From an uncultured Chloroflexia bacterium (GTDB lineage: Bacteria; Chloroflexota; Limnocylindria; Limnocylindrales; CSP1-4), in assembly GCA_963736895.1 (NCBI GenBank), contig CAVTQU010000008.1, positions 324,345-388,344 of the forward strand: a stretch of 64,000 nt of DNA. The letters are read 5' to 3'. Shown here in pieces: positions 9,472 through 18,430 of the stretch. Position 1 is the first letter of the stretch. Each line of letters opens with the position of its first letter. Below the pieces are notes generated by a model, which was not told the DNA's origin, searched no databases, and worked only from the letters and a program-made list of their open reading frames with translations. The position numbers were made by a program, and so were the translations under genes.

Positions 9472-10479
9472 CTAGACCTCGATGTCGACGATGCGGCGGA
9501 TGAGGATGAAGCCGATGCCCATCATCACGCCACCGATTCCAAGGATGAACACACCGGCCGGCAGACCGAGAAGCTCTGGTGGCTTCTGCAGCATCGGCGC
9601 CATGAACGTCGGAGCGATGACGGACAGCAGGATCACGAGGGCAACCGGCAGGAAGCCGACGACATAGCCCGACATGCGCTGCTGCGCGGTCAGGGTGCGA
9701 ATCTCACCCTTGATGCGGACCCGCTCGCGGATGGTGTAGGCGATCGTGTCCAGGATCTCGGCCAGGTTGCCGCCCACCGTGTGGTGAATGGCGATTGCCG
9801 TGGTCATCAGGTCGAGGTCGTCCGACTTAACTCGTCGAGCGAGGTTGGCCAGAGCGTCGTCGAGTGGCAGGCCGAGGTTCACCTCGCGGATCACGCGAGC
9901 GAACTCCGTGGAGATGGGCGGCTGCGCTTCGCGAACGACCATCTCGACCGACTGCAGGAACGATGAGCCGGCACGAAGCGAGTTGGCGAGCAGCATGATC
10001 GTGTCGGAGAGGTTGGAGTTGAAGGCCTTGAGGCGCTTGCCCTGGCGTCGCTTGAGCCAGTACTTGGGCACCCAGTAACCGACGACGAAGCCGCCGATCC
10101 AGATGATCGGGCTGGCCAGCAACGAGATGAACGGGCTGAGCACGATCATCACGAGAGGCACGCCGAGCATCGCCGCCGCGCGGATGGCCAGGAACTCCGA
10201 TGGCTTGAGGACGACGTCGGCACGTGCGAGGTCACGCGCAAGGTTGGTGGCCCAGTCACGCTTCTCGACGACGCGGTTGAAGCTGGTGAATGCGCCGGAA
10301 GTGGCAATGCGCTGCGATAGATCGAGCTTCTCTTTGCTTTCCTTGCCTTCCTTTTCGGGTGCAGCAGAGGCATAGCGCTCGAGGCGCGCGTTCACATCCG
10401 AACGGCCGGCAAAGCTGGCGAATACCAGCAGGACGCCAACGGCAGCGAGCGCCGCGACGAGGATTGTGAGCGGATCCAT
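9472..10479 (-). CDS. tadB: Tad pilus inner-membrane platform protein TadB (T2SS-F family)
   Basis: Real start is ATG 10479 (MDPLTILVAALAAVG), 3 nt after the cpaF stop. The longer ORF-track version (to 10908) overlaps cpaF in a different frame and its N-terminal extension is Arg/Pro-rich. T2SSF motifs are present. Confidence 0.85.
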   Translation of the reverse strand: MDPLTILVAALAAVGVLLVFASFAGRSDVNARLERYASAAPEKEGKESKEKLDLSQRIATSGAFTSFNRVVEKRDWATNLARDLARADVVLKPSEFLAIRAAAMLGVPLVMIVLSPFISLLASPIIWIGGFVVGYWVPKYWLKRRQGKRLKAFNSNLSDTIMLLANSLRAGSSFLQSVEMVVREAQPPISTEFARVIREVNLGLPLDDALANLARRVKSDDLDLMTTAIAIHHTVGGNLAEILDTIAYTIRERVRIKGEIRTLTAQQRMSGYVVGFLPVALVILLSVIAPTFMAPMLQKPPELLGLPAGVFILGIGGVMMGIGFILIRRIVDIEV

Positions 10480-10481
10480 GG

Positions 10482-11972
10482 CTAGAAGGGTGACCCGAAC
10501 ATTCGCGGCGGCAGATGGATCCCGTGAGCCTCGAACTTCTCGGTGAAGCGGGGACGGACGCCGGTCGGGCGCAGGTGGCCCTGGACCTTGCCGTCGCTGA
10601 TGCCGGTCTGCTCGAACATGAAGACGTCCTGGAGGACGATCACGTCGCCTTCCATGCCCTGGACCTCGGTGATGTTGGTGATCTTTCGCGAACCGTCCTT
10701 GAGGCGGTCCTGGTGGACGATCAGGTCGACCGCGGACGAGATCTGCTCGCGCACAGCGCGCAGTGGCAGCTCGACGCCGGCGAACAGGACCATGGTCTCG
10801 AGTCGGGCGAGCATGTCGCGTGGCGTGTTGGCGTGGCCAGTCGACATCGAGCCGTCGTGGCCGGTGTTCATGGCCTGGAGCATGTCCAATGCCTCGCCGC
10901 TTCGGCACTCGCCGACGATGATGCGATCGGGCCGCATGCGCAGCGCGTTCTTCACGAGCTCGCGGATGGGGATGGCGCCCTTGCCCTCGATGTTCGCCGG
11001 CCGCGACTCGAGCGTGACCACGTGCTCCTGGCGGAGCTGGAGCTCGGCCGCGTCCTCGACGGTCACGATGCGCTCATCGTTCGGGATGAAGGATGAGAGG
11101 ACGTTGAGCATCGTCGTCTTGCCTGAGCCGGTACCGCCCGACACGAAGATGTTGAGCCGAGCTTCCACACAGGCGCGCAGGAAGTCGAACATCTCGGGTG
11201 TCGACGTACCGAAACGGATGAGGTCGTCGGTGGTCATCGGCGTCGCCGCGAACTTGCGGATGGTCAGAACAGGCCCGACCAGGCTGATCGGCGGGATGAT
11301 GACGTTGACGCGGGAGCCGTCAACGAGGCGGGCATCCACCATCGGGCTGGACTCGTCAACGCGCCGGCCGATCGGCGCGATGATGCGATCGATGATGCGC
11401 ATCACGTGCTCGTCGTTCTGGAAGGTCACGTTGGTGAGCTCGATCTTGCCCGAGCGCTCGATGTAGACCTGCCGCGGTCCATTGACCATCACCTCGGTGA
11501 TGCTCTCGTCGCGCAGGAGCGGCTCGAGGGGACCAAGGCCGACGATCTCGTCGGTGATCTGCTCGAGCATGCGGGTGCGCTCGGCGCGGGTGAGGGCAAG
11601 GCCCTCGGCGTCGAGTGCCCGGCCAAACGCCTCTTCGATCTCGCGTCGCACCTCGACCTGGTTCCCGAGGTCGAGCTTCGGGTCGAGGTCGGAGATGACG
11701 CGCTGCTGGATCCGGAACTTGGCGTCACGGAACGACTCGCGCAGCGGAACCTGGGCGAGCATGCGGCCCGTACCCTGGGCGTTGGGGCCCTGTGGGGCGG
11801 GCGGCGGCGGCACCGTCTGCGGAAGGCCCGCGCCTTCGACGCTTGGATTCAGGCGAGCCGGTGGACGGCTGCCGTCGCCCGCGTCGGGCAGGGGCGGTAC
11901 AACAGGTGCCATGCCCGCACCGGCGACATCGCCAGCCGGCCGAGCGCTCTCGATTCGTCTCAGCAGTGACAT
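10482..11972 (-). CDS. cpaF: Tad pilus secretion ATPase CpaF/TadA
   Basis: Intact 496 aa with Walker A (VSGGTGSGKTT), Asp/His boxes and a CpaF-type N-terminal domain. Confidence 0.95.
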   Translation of the reverse strand: MSLLRRIESARPAGDVAGAGMAPVVPPLPDAGDGSRPPARLNPSVEGAGLPQTVPPPPAPQGPNAQGTGRMLAQVPLRESFRDAKFRIQQRVISDLDPKLDLGNQVEVRREIEEAFGRALDAEGLALTRAERTRMLEQITDEIVGLGPLEPLLRDESITEVMVNGPRQVYIERSGKIELTNVTFQNDEHVMRIIDRIIAPIGRRVDESSPMVDARLVDGSRVNVIIPPISLVGPVLTIRKFAATPMTTDDLIRFGTSTPEMFDFLRACVEARLNIFVSGGTGSGKTTMLNVLSSFIPNDERIVTVEDAAELQLRQEHVVTLESRPANIEGKGAIPIRELVKNALRMRPDRIIVGECRSGEALDMLQAMNTGHDGSMSTGHANTPRDMLARLETMVLFAGVELPLRAVREQISSAVDLIVHQDRLKDGSRKITNITEVQGMEGDVIVLQDVFMFEQTGISDGKVQGHLRPTGVRPRFTEKFEAHGIHLPPRMFGSPF

Positions 11973-11992
11973 GTGACGCTAAACCTCATTAC

Positions 11993-13252
11993 CTAGTGCG
12001 CTCGCCATTGGAATAGGCCCTTCTTGGGCGCGGCCCGAAGTGCCATCTCTGCGGGTTCGACCTGCTCGTCGCCGAGCACGGACTTGGTCATCTGGACGAG
12101 GTCTTCGCTGACGCGCGTCTGGCGCGCGGCGACCACGAACGGCACGCCGCGATTCAGGGCGAACACGACAGTTCGGCCGTCCGAGACGACGCTGTGCTTG
12201 ACCTTTCGACCGACCGAGCTCTCGACGTCCTGGAGTCTTATCCCGTAGCCGGAGTCGGCTCGGTTGAGCACGAGCTGGACCTTGTCCTCGGCGTATCCCA
12301 GCTGGTCGGCCAGAGCCAGGAACTGGCGGATGTTCTTGATGTTCGTGATCTCGAGCGTCAGCACGGTCATGATCACGTCGGACTGATCGAAGCAGGCCAG
12401 GGTCGCATCCTGGAGGAGCGACGTCGAGTCGATCACCACCAGGTCGTGTGTCTGGCGGAGGGCGGCGATGATCTTGGACATGTGATCGGGCGTGACGAGC
12501 TCAGCCATTTCCGGGCTGGGCGGCGCCATCAGCACGCGAACTCCTGTCGAGTGGTCGACGAGCGTGGTCTCGAGCGTCTCGAGATCGCCGCTCGCCATCT
12601 CGCGCGCCACGTCGGCGATCGACTGGTTCTTGGGGTTGAGGTTGAGCAGCACGCCGACGTCGCCGAACTGGAGGCCGCCATCGATGAGCGCGACTCGCTT
12701 GCCCATCTCGGTCGCGGCCGCGACGGCGAAGTTGACCGCCAGCGTTGTGCGTCCTACCCCGCCCTTGGGCGCGAAGAAGGTGACCACCCGGCCGTTACCG
12801 TGCCGGACTGGCTCGGCGTGGCCGTTGGTCGCGACGGGCGCTGCGGTTACGATGCGATCGAGCTTCAGGCGGTCGCGCTGGTGCACTTGGCGGATCGACG
12901 CTGAGAGCTCATCGGAGCTGAACGGCTTGACCAGGAACTCGCGTGCGCCGGCGAGCATGGCCCGCCGAAGGTAATCGGGCTCGCCCTGGACGCTCATCAT
13001 GATTATCGAGGTCTGCGGCGCCTTGATCGACAGCTGCTCGGCGGTCGCGATGCCGTCCATGCCGGGCATGTTGATATCGAGCAGGAGCACGTCGACCGGT
13101 TGCTCGGTCGCGAGCCTGATCGCCTCTTCCCCCGAACCGACGCTGCCGGCAACGACGATGTCGCTCTCGAAGCCGAGCAGCTTGGCCAGGTGGTCACGCG
13201 TCTCGGCGATGTCATCAACGATGACTACCTTGATCGGCTCGGCCATAATCAC
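11993..13252 (-). CDS. response-regulator receiver fused to CpaE/TadZ-like ParA/MinD ATPase
   Basis: REC domain (KVVIVDDIAETRD, VLLLDINMPGMDG, REFLVKP) followed by a deviant Walker A (FAPKGGVGRTTLAVNFA). The start may be ATG 13246, which has a GAGGGA SD. Confidence 0.85.
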   Translation of the reverse strand: MIMAEPIKVVIVDDIAETRDHLAKLLGFESDIVVAGSVGSGEEAIRLATEQPVDVLLLDINMPGMDGIATAEQLSIKAPQTSIIMMSVQGEPDYLRRAMLAGAREFLVKPFSSDELSASIRQVHQRDRLKLDRIVTAAPVATNGHAEPVRHGNGRVVTFFAPKGGVGRTTLAVNFAVAAATEMGKRVALIDGGLQFGDVGVLLNLNPKNQSIADVAREMASGDLETLETTLVDHSTGVRVLMAPPSPEMAELVTPDHMSKIIAALRQTHDLVVIDSTSLLQDATLACFDQSDVIMTVLTLEITNIKNIRQFLALADQLGYAEDKVQLVLNRADSGYGIRLQDVESSVGRKVKHSVVSDGRTVVFALNRGVPFVVAARQTRVSEDLVQMTKSVLGDEQVEPAEMALRAAPKKGLFQWRAH

Positions 13253-13288
13253 GATCCCTCTCCCTCTCCTCTGCCTACCCTGGCAACG

Positions 13289-14141
13289 TCAGGGCGTGAC
13301 GGGGACTGGGGGAAGGACGCCGTAATCCTCGACGAGCTTCTGCAGCGTGATGCCTGACGTTGCCGTCTCACCGGCTGCGTAGTCACCTGGCGAGCGAAGC
13401 GCGAGCGAGATGTTGCCGTCCATCTGGGCGAACCGGATGACCTCTGCCTGCTGCGGTGTGACCGCGAGGATGACCACGAGGTCAGGCTGCGCAGCGGTGG
13501 CGTTGGGATCGCTGCGTGTCCGTGCTTGGATCAGGCGGCAGGGCCGCGAGCACCTGGACGTTCTGGACGACGACCTTGATCGACGTGTTGTTGACGAACT
13601 CGTCCATCTGGAAGTACGGCGACGTGATCGAGCCATCGGGGCCGACCTGGAAGCCGGACGGGTTGCTCAGGACGACGGGGTTCAGGCCGTCGAGGTCCTC
13701 GAGCGACAGGATCGCGTCGACCCAGTCACCGGGCTGCAGCAGCGCGCCGACGGAGTCGACTCGGCTGAGCGGAACGGACACGGCGCGAAGGCCGGGAGTG
13801 AGCGACTGGGCGAGCTGCGGAACGCTGACGTTGGACTGGAAGTCTTCGGTGGTCAGGGCCGCGCCCTGGGCGACCGGGCGCCGGACGACCATGCCGACCA
13901 CGTCCTCGGGATGCTGATAGGTGTCGAGGGCATCGGCCGGATCACGATCGACGGTGCTCACCATCTCTGCGGTGACCGACTGGCCGAGCGGAAGGTTCTG
14001 CGATGCGACGACCACCGCGACCTGGGCCGGTGCCGCTTGCTGGCCGTTCTGTCCGAACGAACCGAAGGCAAGGACGACCACGAACGAGACCGCAGCGAGT
14101 ACGACGCCGAAGATGAGCAAGAGGCGGTTGCTGCGCTTCAA
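13289..14141 (-). pseudogene. cpaB: Flp pilus assembly protein CpaB, one frame change
   Basis: ORF 13482..14180 (TM anchor, SAF-like region) and ORF 13289..13636 (PDLVVILAVTPQQAEVIRFAQMDGNISLALR, the RcpC/CpaB C-terminus) are two frames of one gene joined near 13510-13525. The likely start is TTG 14141 with a GGAGA SD. Confidence 0.75.
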
Positions 14142-14312
14142 AGTGGATCTCCAAAAGGTGGGGCGTGTGACAGGTGTCAACGACCATAGGGAGCGTCTTG
14201 TGGGGTCGCGATCCTACGAATGGGCTAGGACCCTCACCGCTTTTCCCCTCAAACCGTCGGTCGGGCCGTTGCGTTGCTGCACCAACCGGATGAAGTGCGC
14301 TAAAGGTGTCCG

Positions 14313-14370
14313 GAAATAAAAAATGGGAGCGGAGCTTGGTCCGGAGGAGGTCGGACCAGGCGCCGCTCCC
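14313..14370 (-). terminator. intrinsic terminator after flp-1
   Basis: On the minus strand: GGGAGCGGCGCCTGGTCCGACCTCCTCCGGACCAAGCTCCGCTCCC (long nested stem), followed by ATTTTTTATTT, 18 nt after the flp-1 stop. Confidence 0.75.
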
Positions 14371-14388
14371 GGGCGAGAAGAGGCCGAA

Positions 14389-14556
14389 TTACATTGCGTT
14401 TCCGAGATCGGAGAGCATCTGGTTGATCGAACCGCCCATAAAGGTGACGGCGGCGATCGCTGCTACGCCTACAAGTGCGAGTATGAGTGCGTACTCGGCC
14501 AATCCTTGCCCAGCCTGTCCGCGCAGTAAAAGGCTGCGCATTGCGCTGAGCTTCAC
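14389..14556 (-). CDS. flp: Flp/Fap-family pilin 1
   Basis: (V)KLSAMRSLLLRGQAGQG|LAEYALILALVGVAAIAAVTFMGGSINQMLSDLGNAM. GGAGG lies 9 nt before GTG 14556 (alternative ATG at 14541). Carries the G/xxxxEY prepilin motif. Confidence 0.85.
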   Translation of the reverse strand: MKLSAMRSLLLRGQAGQGLAEYALILALVGVAAIAAVTFMGGSINQMLSDLGNAM

Positions 14557-14698
14557 GTTTGATTCACCTCCGCTGTGCACGTCTGGTTCGACGCGAGAAC
14601 GAATTTCGCGCACAGGTGAACCGCGGCGATATAGGAATCCGGTACTCGGGGTCCTATCTGGTCAGCCGTTGCCTTGATGCCCTATTTCGGCGGATGGC

Positions 14699-14860
14699 TC
14701 AGCCGTTGATGGTGTCGGCGATGATCGACAGGATGTCCTGGATCTGGGTGCCGAAGAAGGTGAGCGCCACGAGCGCCACGATGACGATCAGGGCAACGAT
14801 CAGCGCGTACTCGGCGACGCTCTGCCCGCTCTGACGATCCGTTTCCGGCCTGACGGCCAT
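14699..14860 (-). CDS. flp: Flp/Fap-family pilin 2 (not in ORF track)
   Basis: Hand translation: MAVRPETDRQSGQS|VAEYALIVALIVIVALVALTFFGTQIQDILSIIADTING*. AGGAGA lies 8 nt upstream of the ATG. Confidence 0.8.
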   Translation of the reverse strand: MAVRPETDRQSGQSVAEYALIVALIVIVALVALTFFGTQIQDILSIIADTING

Positions 14861-15203
14861 GTCCCGCTCTCCTGGCGCACGGCTCGCGCCACCACGGCTC
14901 GCGTTGTCGTGCTCGCGTGGTCGTCGCCCGTGCGATCCACGCCTTGACCGTCCGCGTCGTTGTTTCGCGGCTGGCCCATCCCTCGTAACCCTCCGGCTGC
15001 TCTCTTGCGGTCGTCGATGCTAGCAGCGAGGGGGCAACTCAACGAGCCAAGATCCAGCTCAGTCGGTGCTGCGCTGCCGGGCATCGGAGGCGCTACGGCC
15101 GGCTGCAGGGCGACGGGCGCCGGCGTGAGATACCGGGGCAGTGGCAAGTCAGGGCTGGCTGGGCGACCTGGGCAGGGTGGAAAGGCGATGCGCCTGTTTC
15201 GGG

Positions 15204-15238
15204 ACAAACAAAAACGCCGACCGTTTCCGGCCGGCGTT
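15204..15238 (-). terminator. intrinsic terminator after flp-3
   Basis: On the minus strand: CGCCGGCCG-GAAA-CGGTCGGCG (9-bp stem with one G.U, GAAA loop), followed by TTTTTGTTTG, 27 nt after the flp-3 stop. Confidence 0.8.
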
Positions 15239-15263
15239 CTTGTGTTCGCTTACGCGAAAGCTT

Positions 15264-15428
15264 TCAGATGCTGTTGCCGACGTCCGACAGGATCGCGTTG
15301 ATCTGGCCGCCGAGGAACGTGACTGCCGCGATCGCCAGGACGGCGATGAGCGCCAGGATCAGCGCGTACTCGGCCAGGCCCTGACCATCCTCGTCGCGGG
15401 CAATCAGGCTGGTGATGTACTGAAGCAT
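15264..15428 (-). CDS. flp: Flp/Fap-family pilin 3 (not in ORF track)
   Basis: Hand translation: MLQYITSLIARDEDGQG|LAEYALILALIAVLAIAAVTFLGGQINAILSDVGNSI*. GGAGGG lies 9 nt upstream. The upstream region (15430-15520) is unusually AT-rich. Confidence 0.85.
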   Translation of the reverse strand: MLQYITSLIARDEDGQGLAEYALILALIAVLAIAAVTFLGGQINAILSDVGNSI

Positions 15429-15575
15429 TTACGAAACCCTCCGAAATTTGATAAGTCCACCGCAAATTCACGGGACAGCGGGAAGTTATTGCCGGGCAAG
15501 ATGCCGATATATGGGAAGGGAGTCCCGCTTTGTACGCCAAGGGTCCTGTGGCGTTCGAGCAACAGGTGCGCTTGA

Positions 15576-16707
15576 TCAGCGGCGGTTGGCGGCCTTGGCC
15601 TCGAGCAGCCAACCGTCAGGCGACAGGCTGACAACGATGCCCACCGGTTCGGCACGGGCGCGGATCTCGGCCCACGTGCGATCGTCGAGGCCGCGGCTCT
15701 CGACGCTTTCCTGTTCATGGATCATCGACGCCAGGGCAGCCGGCATCTGCTTGTCGCGACGCGCCGCGGCGACGACGGCCTTTTCCGCATCGGCGGCCGC
15801 TGGGCGCCGCCCGGGAGCGTCCTATGACGGACGCTGTGAGGCCCGTGTCGCGCCAATCGAGACGAATGACCAGCTCGGCCGGTTTGGCGTCCAGGAGGGC
15901 CTGCACCGCGTCGTCGACGATGCGGAACAGCGCACTCTCCACCTCGCTGCCCAGCCGCGAGTCGGCGCCGACCGATTCGAAGCCGACGGTCTGGCCGGTG
16001 CGCCTCGTCCGCTCGGCAGCAGCGCGCCGCAACGTGGGCACGAGGCCAAGATCGTCGAGCACCATCGGACGCACGTCGAAGATGAATGTCTTGGTCTTCT
16101 CCAGCGCGCTCTGGACCATGATCACGAGCTCACGCAGCTCGGCCTCGGCCTGACGCGGGTCGCGCGAGACAAGCTGCTGGACGACCTGCGCCTGGAGAGC
16201 GATGTTGGCGATGCTCTGCGCCGGGCCGTCGTGCATCTGGCGCGCGATCTCGCGGCGCATCTGCTCCTGAGCGGCCATGACGTCGTGCGACGTGGCGCTA
16301 CCGTGGCGCACCGCACCGTTGCCTCCCGAGGAGCCGTCGCCGGCCATCAGCTGCGCCGGCGCGCCGGCGACCTCGGCGAGTGCAGGCACGATCTGGTCGA
16401 GCTTCTCGTGATAGCGCTGCAGGGCGCGCTGTTTGCCCTGCAGCACCTCGACCTGGCCCTGCATCAGGGACTGGCGTCTGGTCTGCTGCAGGAGTTGAAC
16501 GTGCGCCTCATTGACCGCGGCCGGATCGGCGCGCGGGTCGTTGTCGAACGCGGCAACACGTTCCTCGGCCTGGGCGCGGCGCGCTTCGTGCCGCTCGACC
16601 TCGGACGTGGCCTGGCGCATGAGCAGGTCGATCTCCTCGAGCTCGCGCTCAAGGGTGGATCGATCCTGCTCCAGCTCGGCTGCCAGCTCGGTCAGCTGTT
16701 GGGTCAT
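15576..16707 (-). pseudogene. soluble HisKA_3 kinase-like protein with degenerate ATPase domain, one frame change
   Basis: N-terminal coiled coil and an H-box (EIARQMHDGPAQSIANI). The C-terminal domain lacks a recognisable N-box (LFRIVDDAVQALLDAKPAELVIRL). The frame is lost near 15815-15825. The tail DAEKAVVAAARRDKQMPAALASMIHEQESVESRGLDDRTWAEIRARAEPVGIVVSLSPDGWLLEAKAANRR* continues in another frame to TGA 15576. Confidence 0.6.
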
Positions 16708-16781
16708 GGACAGTTACCTAGGAATTGGGCGGGCAGCGGCCCGCCAGATGATTGCGAAACCTCTCGATGAGTCCGTTCGGA

Positions 16782-17525
16782 TCAATCCTCGGGGATGCGG
16801 ATCCAGCCCTGCTTCATGGCGTAAACGACGGCCTGCGTGCGGTCGTTGACCGACAGCTTGCGCAGGATCGAGCTCATGTGGTTCTTGACCGTCTGCTCGC
16901 TGATCGTCAGCGCGTAGGCGACCTGCTTGTTGGTCATGCCCTTGGCGATGTTGTCGAGGATCTCGACCTCGCGCGGCGACAACGGGGCGAAGATCGGTGC
17001 CGCTTCCTGGCCGTAGACAGCCAGCTCGCGGAACTCCTTCAGGACGCGTGACGCCACGGACGGTCGCGAGAAGACCTTGTCGTTGATCAGGTACTCGCCG
17101 GCGCGAACGCGACGGATGATCGTGACCAGGTCCTCGGGCGAGATGTCCTTGAGGATGAACGCAGCGGCGCCGGCCTTGATGGCCTCGAACAGCTGGTCCT
17201 CGTCCTCGGCAACGGCCAGGGCGATGATCCCCACCGAGGGCACTTCGCGCTTGATGCGCTGCGTGGTCTCGATGCCACCCGGGGCGGGCAGCGACAGGTC
17301 GAGCAGGACGATGTCCGGGCTCATGTCGACCGCCAGCGTGAACGCGTCGCGGCCGTCCTCGGCCTCGCCCACGATGTCGAAGTCGGTTTCCTGCTCGAGG
17401 ATCTGGCGCATTCCTACGCGGAAGAGCGCGTGATCGTCGACCAGGAGAATCTTGGTTCGCTGATCTGGATTGCGTCGGTCCGGTCCGCCTCGTCGGCGAT
17501 CTGGCCCCGCGTAATCAATGGTCAT
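16782..17525 (-). CDS. NarL/LuxR-family response regulator
   Basis: REC domain (KILLVDDHALFR, IVLLDLSLP, AFILKD) plus a LuxR HTH (LSPREVEILDNIAKGMTNKQVAYALTISEQTVKNHMSSILRKL). ATG 17525 has a GAGGAG SD. The ORF track uses TTG 17543. Confidence 0.9.
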   Translation of the reverse strand: MTIDYAGPDRRRGGPDRRNPDQRTKILLVDDHALFRVGMRQILEQETDFDIVGEAEDGRDAFTLAVDMSPDIVLLDLSLPAPGGIETTQRIKREVPSVGIIALAVAEDEDQLFEAIKAGAAAFILKDISPEDLVTIIRRVRAGEYLINDKVFSRPSVASRVLKEFRELAVYGQEAAPIFAPLSPREVEILDNIAKGMTNKQVAYALTISEQTVKNHMSSILRKLSVNDRTQAVVYAMKQGWIRIPED

Positions 17526-17539
17526 TGTGGACACTCCTC

Positions 17540-18430
17540 TCAACCTCCAATTTCTGTGGTCAGCCGCACGACGGTGCCGGCGGCTGGAATGCTTGTTATG
17601 GACAGCTCGGAGCCGAGAAGCTCGGCTCGTTCGCGCATGAATCGCAGCCCGAAGTGGCGTCGATTGGGATGGGCCATCACCCCGTCTATATCGAAGCCTT
17701 TGCCATCGTCACCTACCTCCAGCTGCCATTTGCGATCCCCTCTCGGATCCTCGATAACGCGCGTGGTGACCCACGCACGGCTTGCGCCTGAGTGTTTGCC
17801 GATGTTGCGCAGCGACTCCTGTGCGACGCGCAACACGACGGTCCGCGCGGCGTCACGAAGCTGCGCACTGGGTGCGCCGATCGTGACCTCCACGGGTATG
17901 CCACTTCGCTGGCTGACTGCCATCGCGCTGTCGCGCAACGCGTCGTCCAGCCCCTCGGCCTCGTTGAGCGAGGGACGTAGCTGATTGATGTAGCCGCGCA
18001 GCGTGTCGAGCTCGCGCTGCAGGATGTCGCGCAGCGAGTTCAGCTCGGCCTGTGAGGTCTCGGGCTCCTCGCGGATGGCGCGCTCAAGGATCTCTGTCTG
18101 GAAGATCGCGTTGGACAGCGCCTGGGCCGGCCCGTCGTGCAGCTCTTCGGCGAGCCGCGAGCGCTCCTGTTCCTGCGCTTCGAGGATTGCCATGGACAGC
18201 CGGGCGACGACGTCGTCAGCGGAGTTGTCGGAACCACCGTCGATGAGCGACTGGACGAGGCCGCGAACCTCCTCGGCAGCATGAGAAGTCGGCTCGGCTG
18301 CACGCTGGGGGGTGTCGAGTGGCACCTCGCGGCCCAAGGCGCGGCTCTCCATCTGCGATCGAGTATAGGTGTCGGCCGTGTCGTCATAGGCGTGGGTCGT
18401 GTCGCCATTGGGCCGCGTGACGTCCGTCAT
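17540..18430 (-). CDS. soluble HisKA_3 sensor histidine kinase
   Basis: H-box (LAEELHDGPAQALSNAIF), N-box (VAQESLRNIGKHSGAS) and G-boxes (VGDDGKGFD, FGLRFMRERAELLGSELSITS); no TM segments. ATG 18430 (GAGGAG SD) overlaps the stop of the upstream GT-C gene (ATGA). Confidence 0.85.
   Translation of the reverse strand: MTDVTRPNGDTTHAYDDTADTYTRSQMESRALGREVPLDTPQRAAEPTSHAAEEVRGLVQSLIDGGSDNSADDVVARLSMAILEAQEQERSRLAEELHDGPAQALSNAIFQTEILERAIREEPETSQAELNSLRDILQRELDTLRGYINQLRPSLNEAEGLDDALRDSAMAVSQRSGIPVEVTIGAPSAQLRDAARTVVLRVAQESLRNIGKHSGASRAWVTTRVIEDPRGDRKWQLEVGDDGKGFDIDGVMAHPNRRHFGLRFMRERAELLGSELSITSIPAAGTVVRLTTEIGG

Noticed and set aside
9472-10908. 478-aa version of tadB
   Set aside because: The first 143 codons overlap cpaF in another frame and are Arg/Pro-rich. 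ATG 10479 sits 3 nt after the cpaF stop and starts a normal TadB N-terminus.
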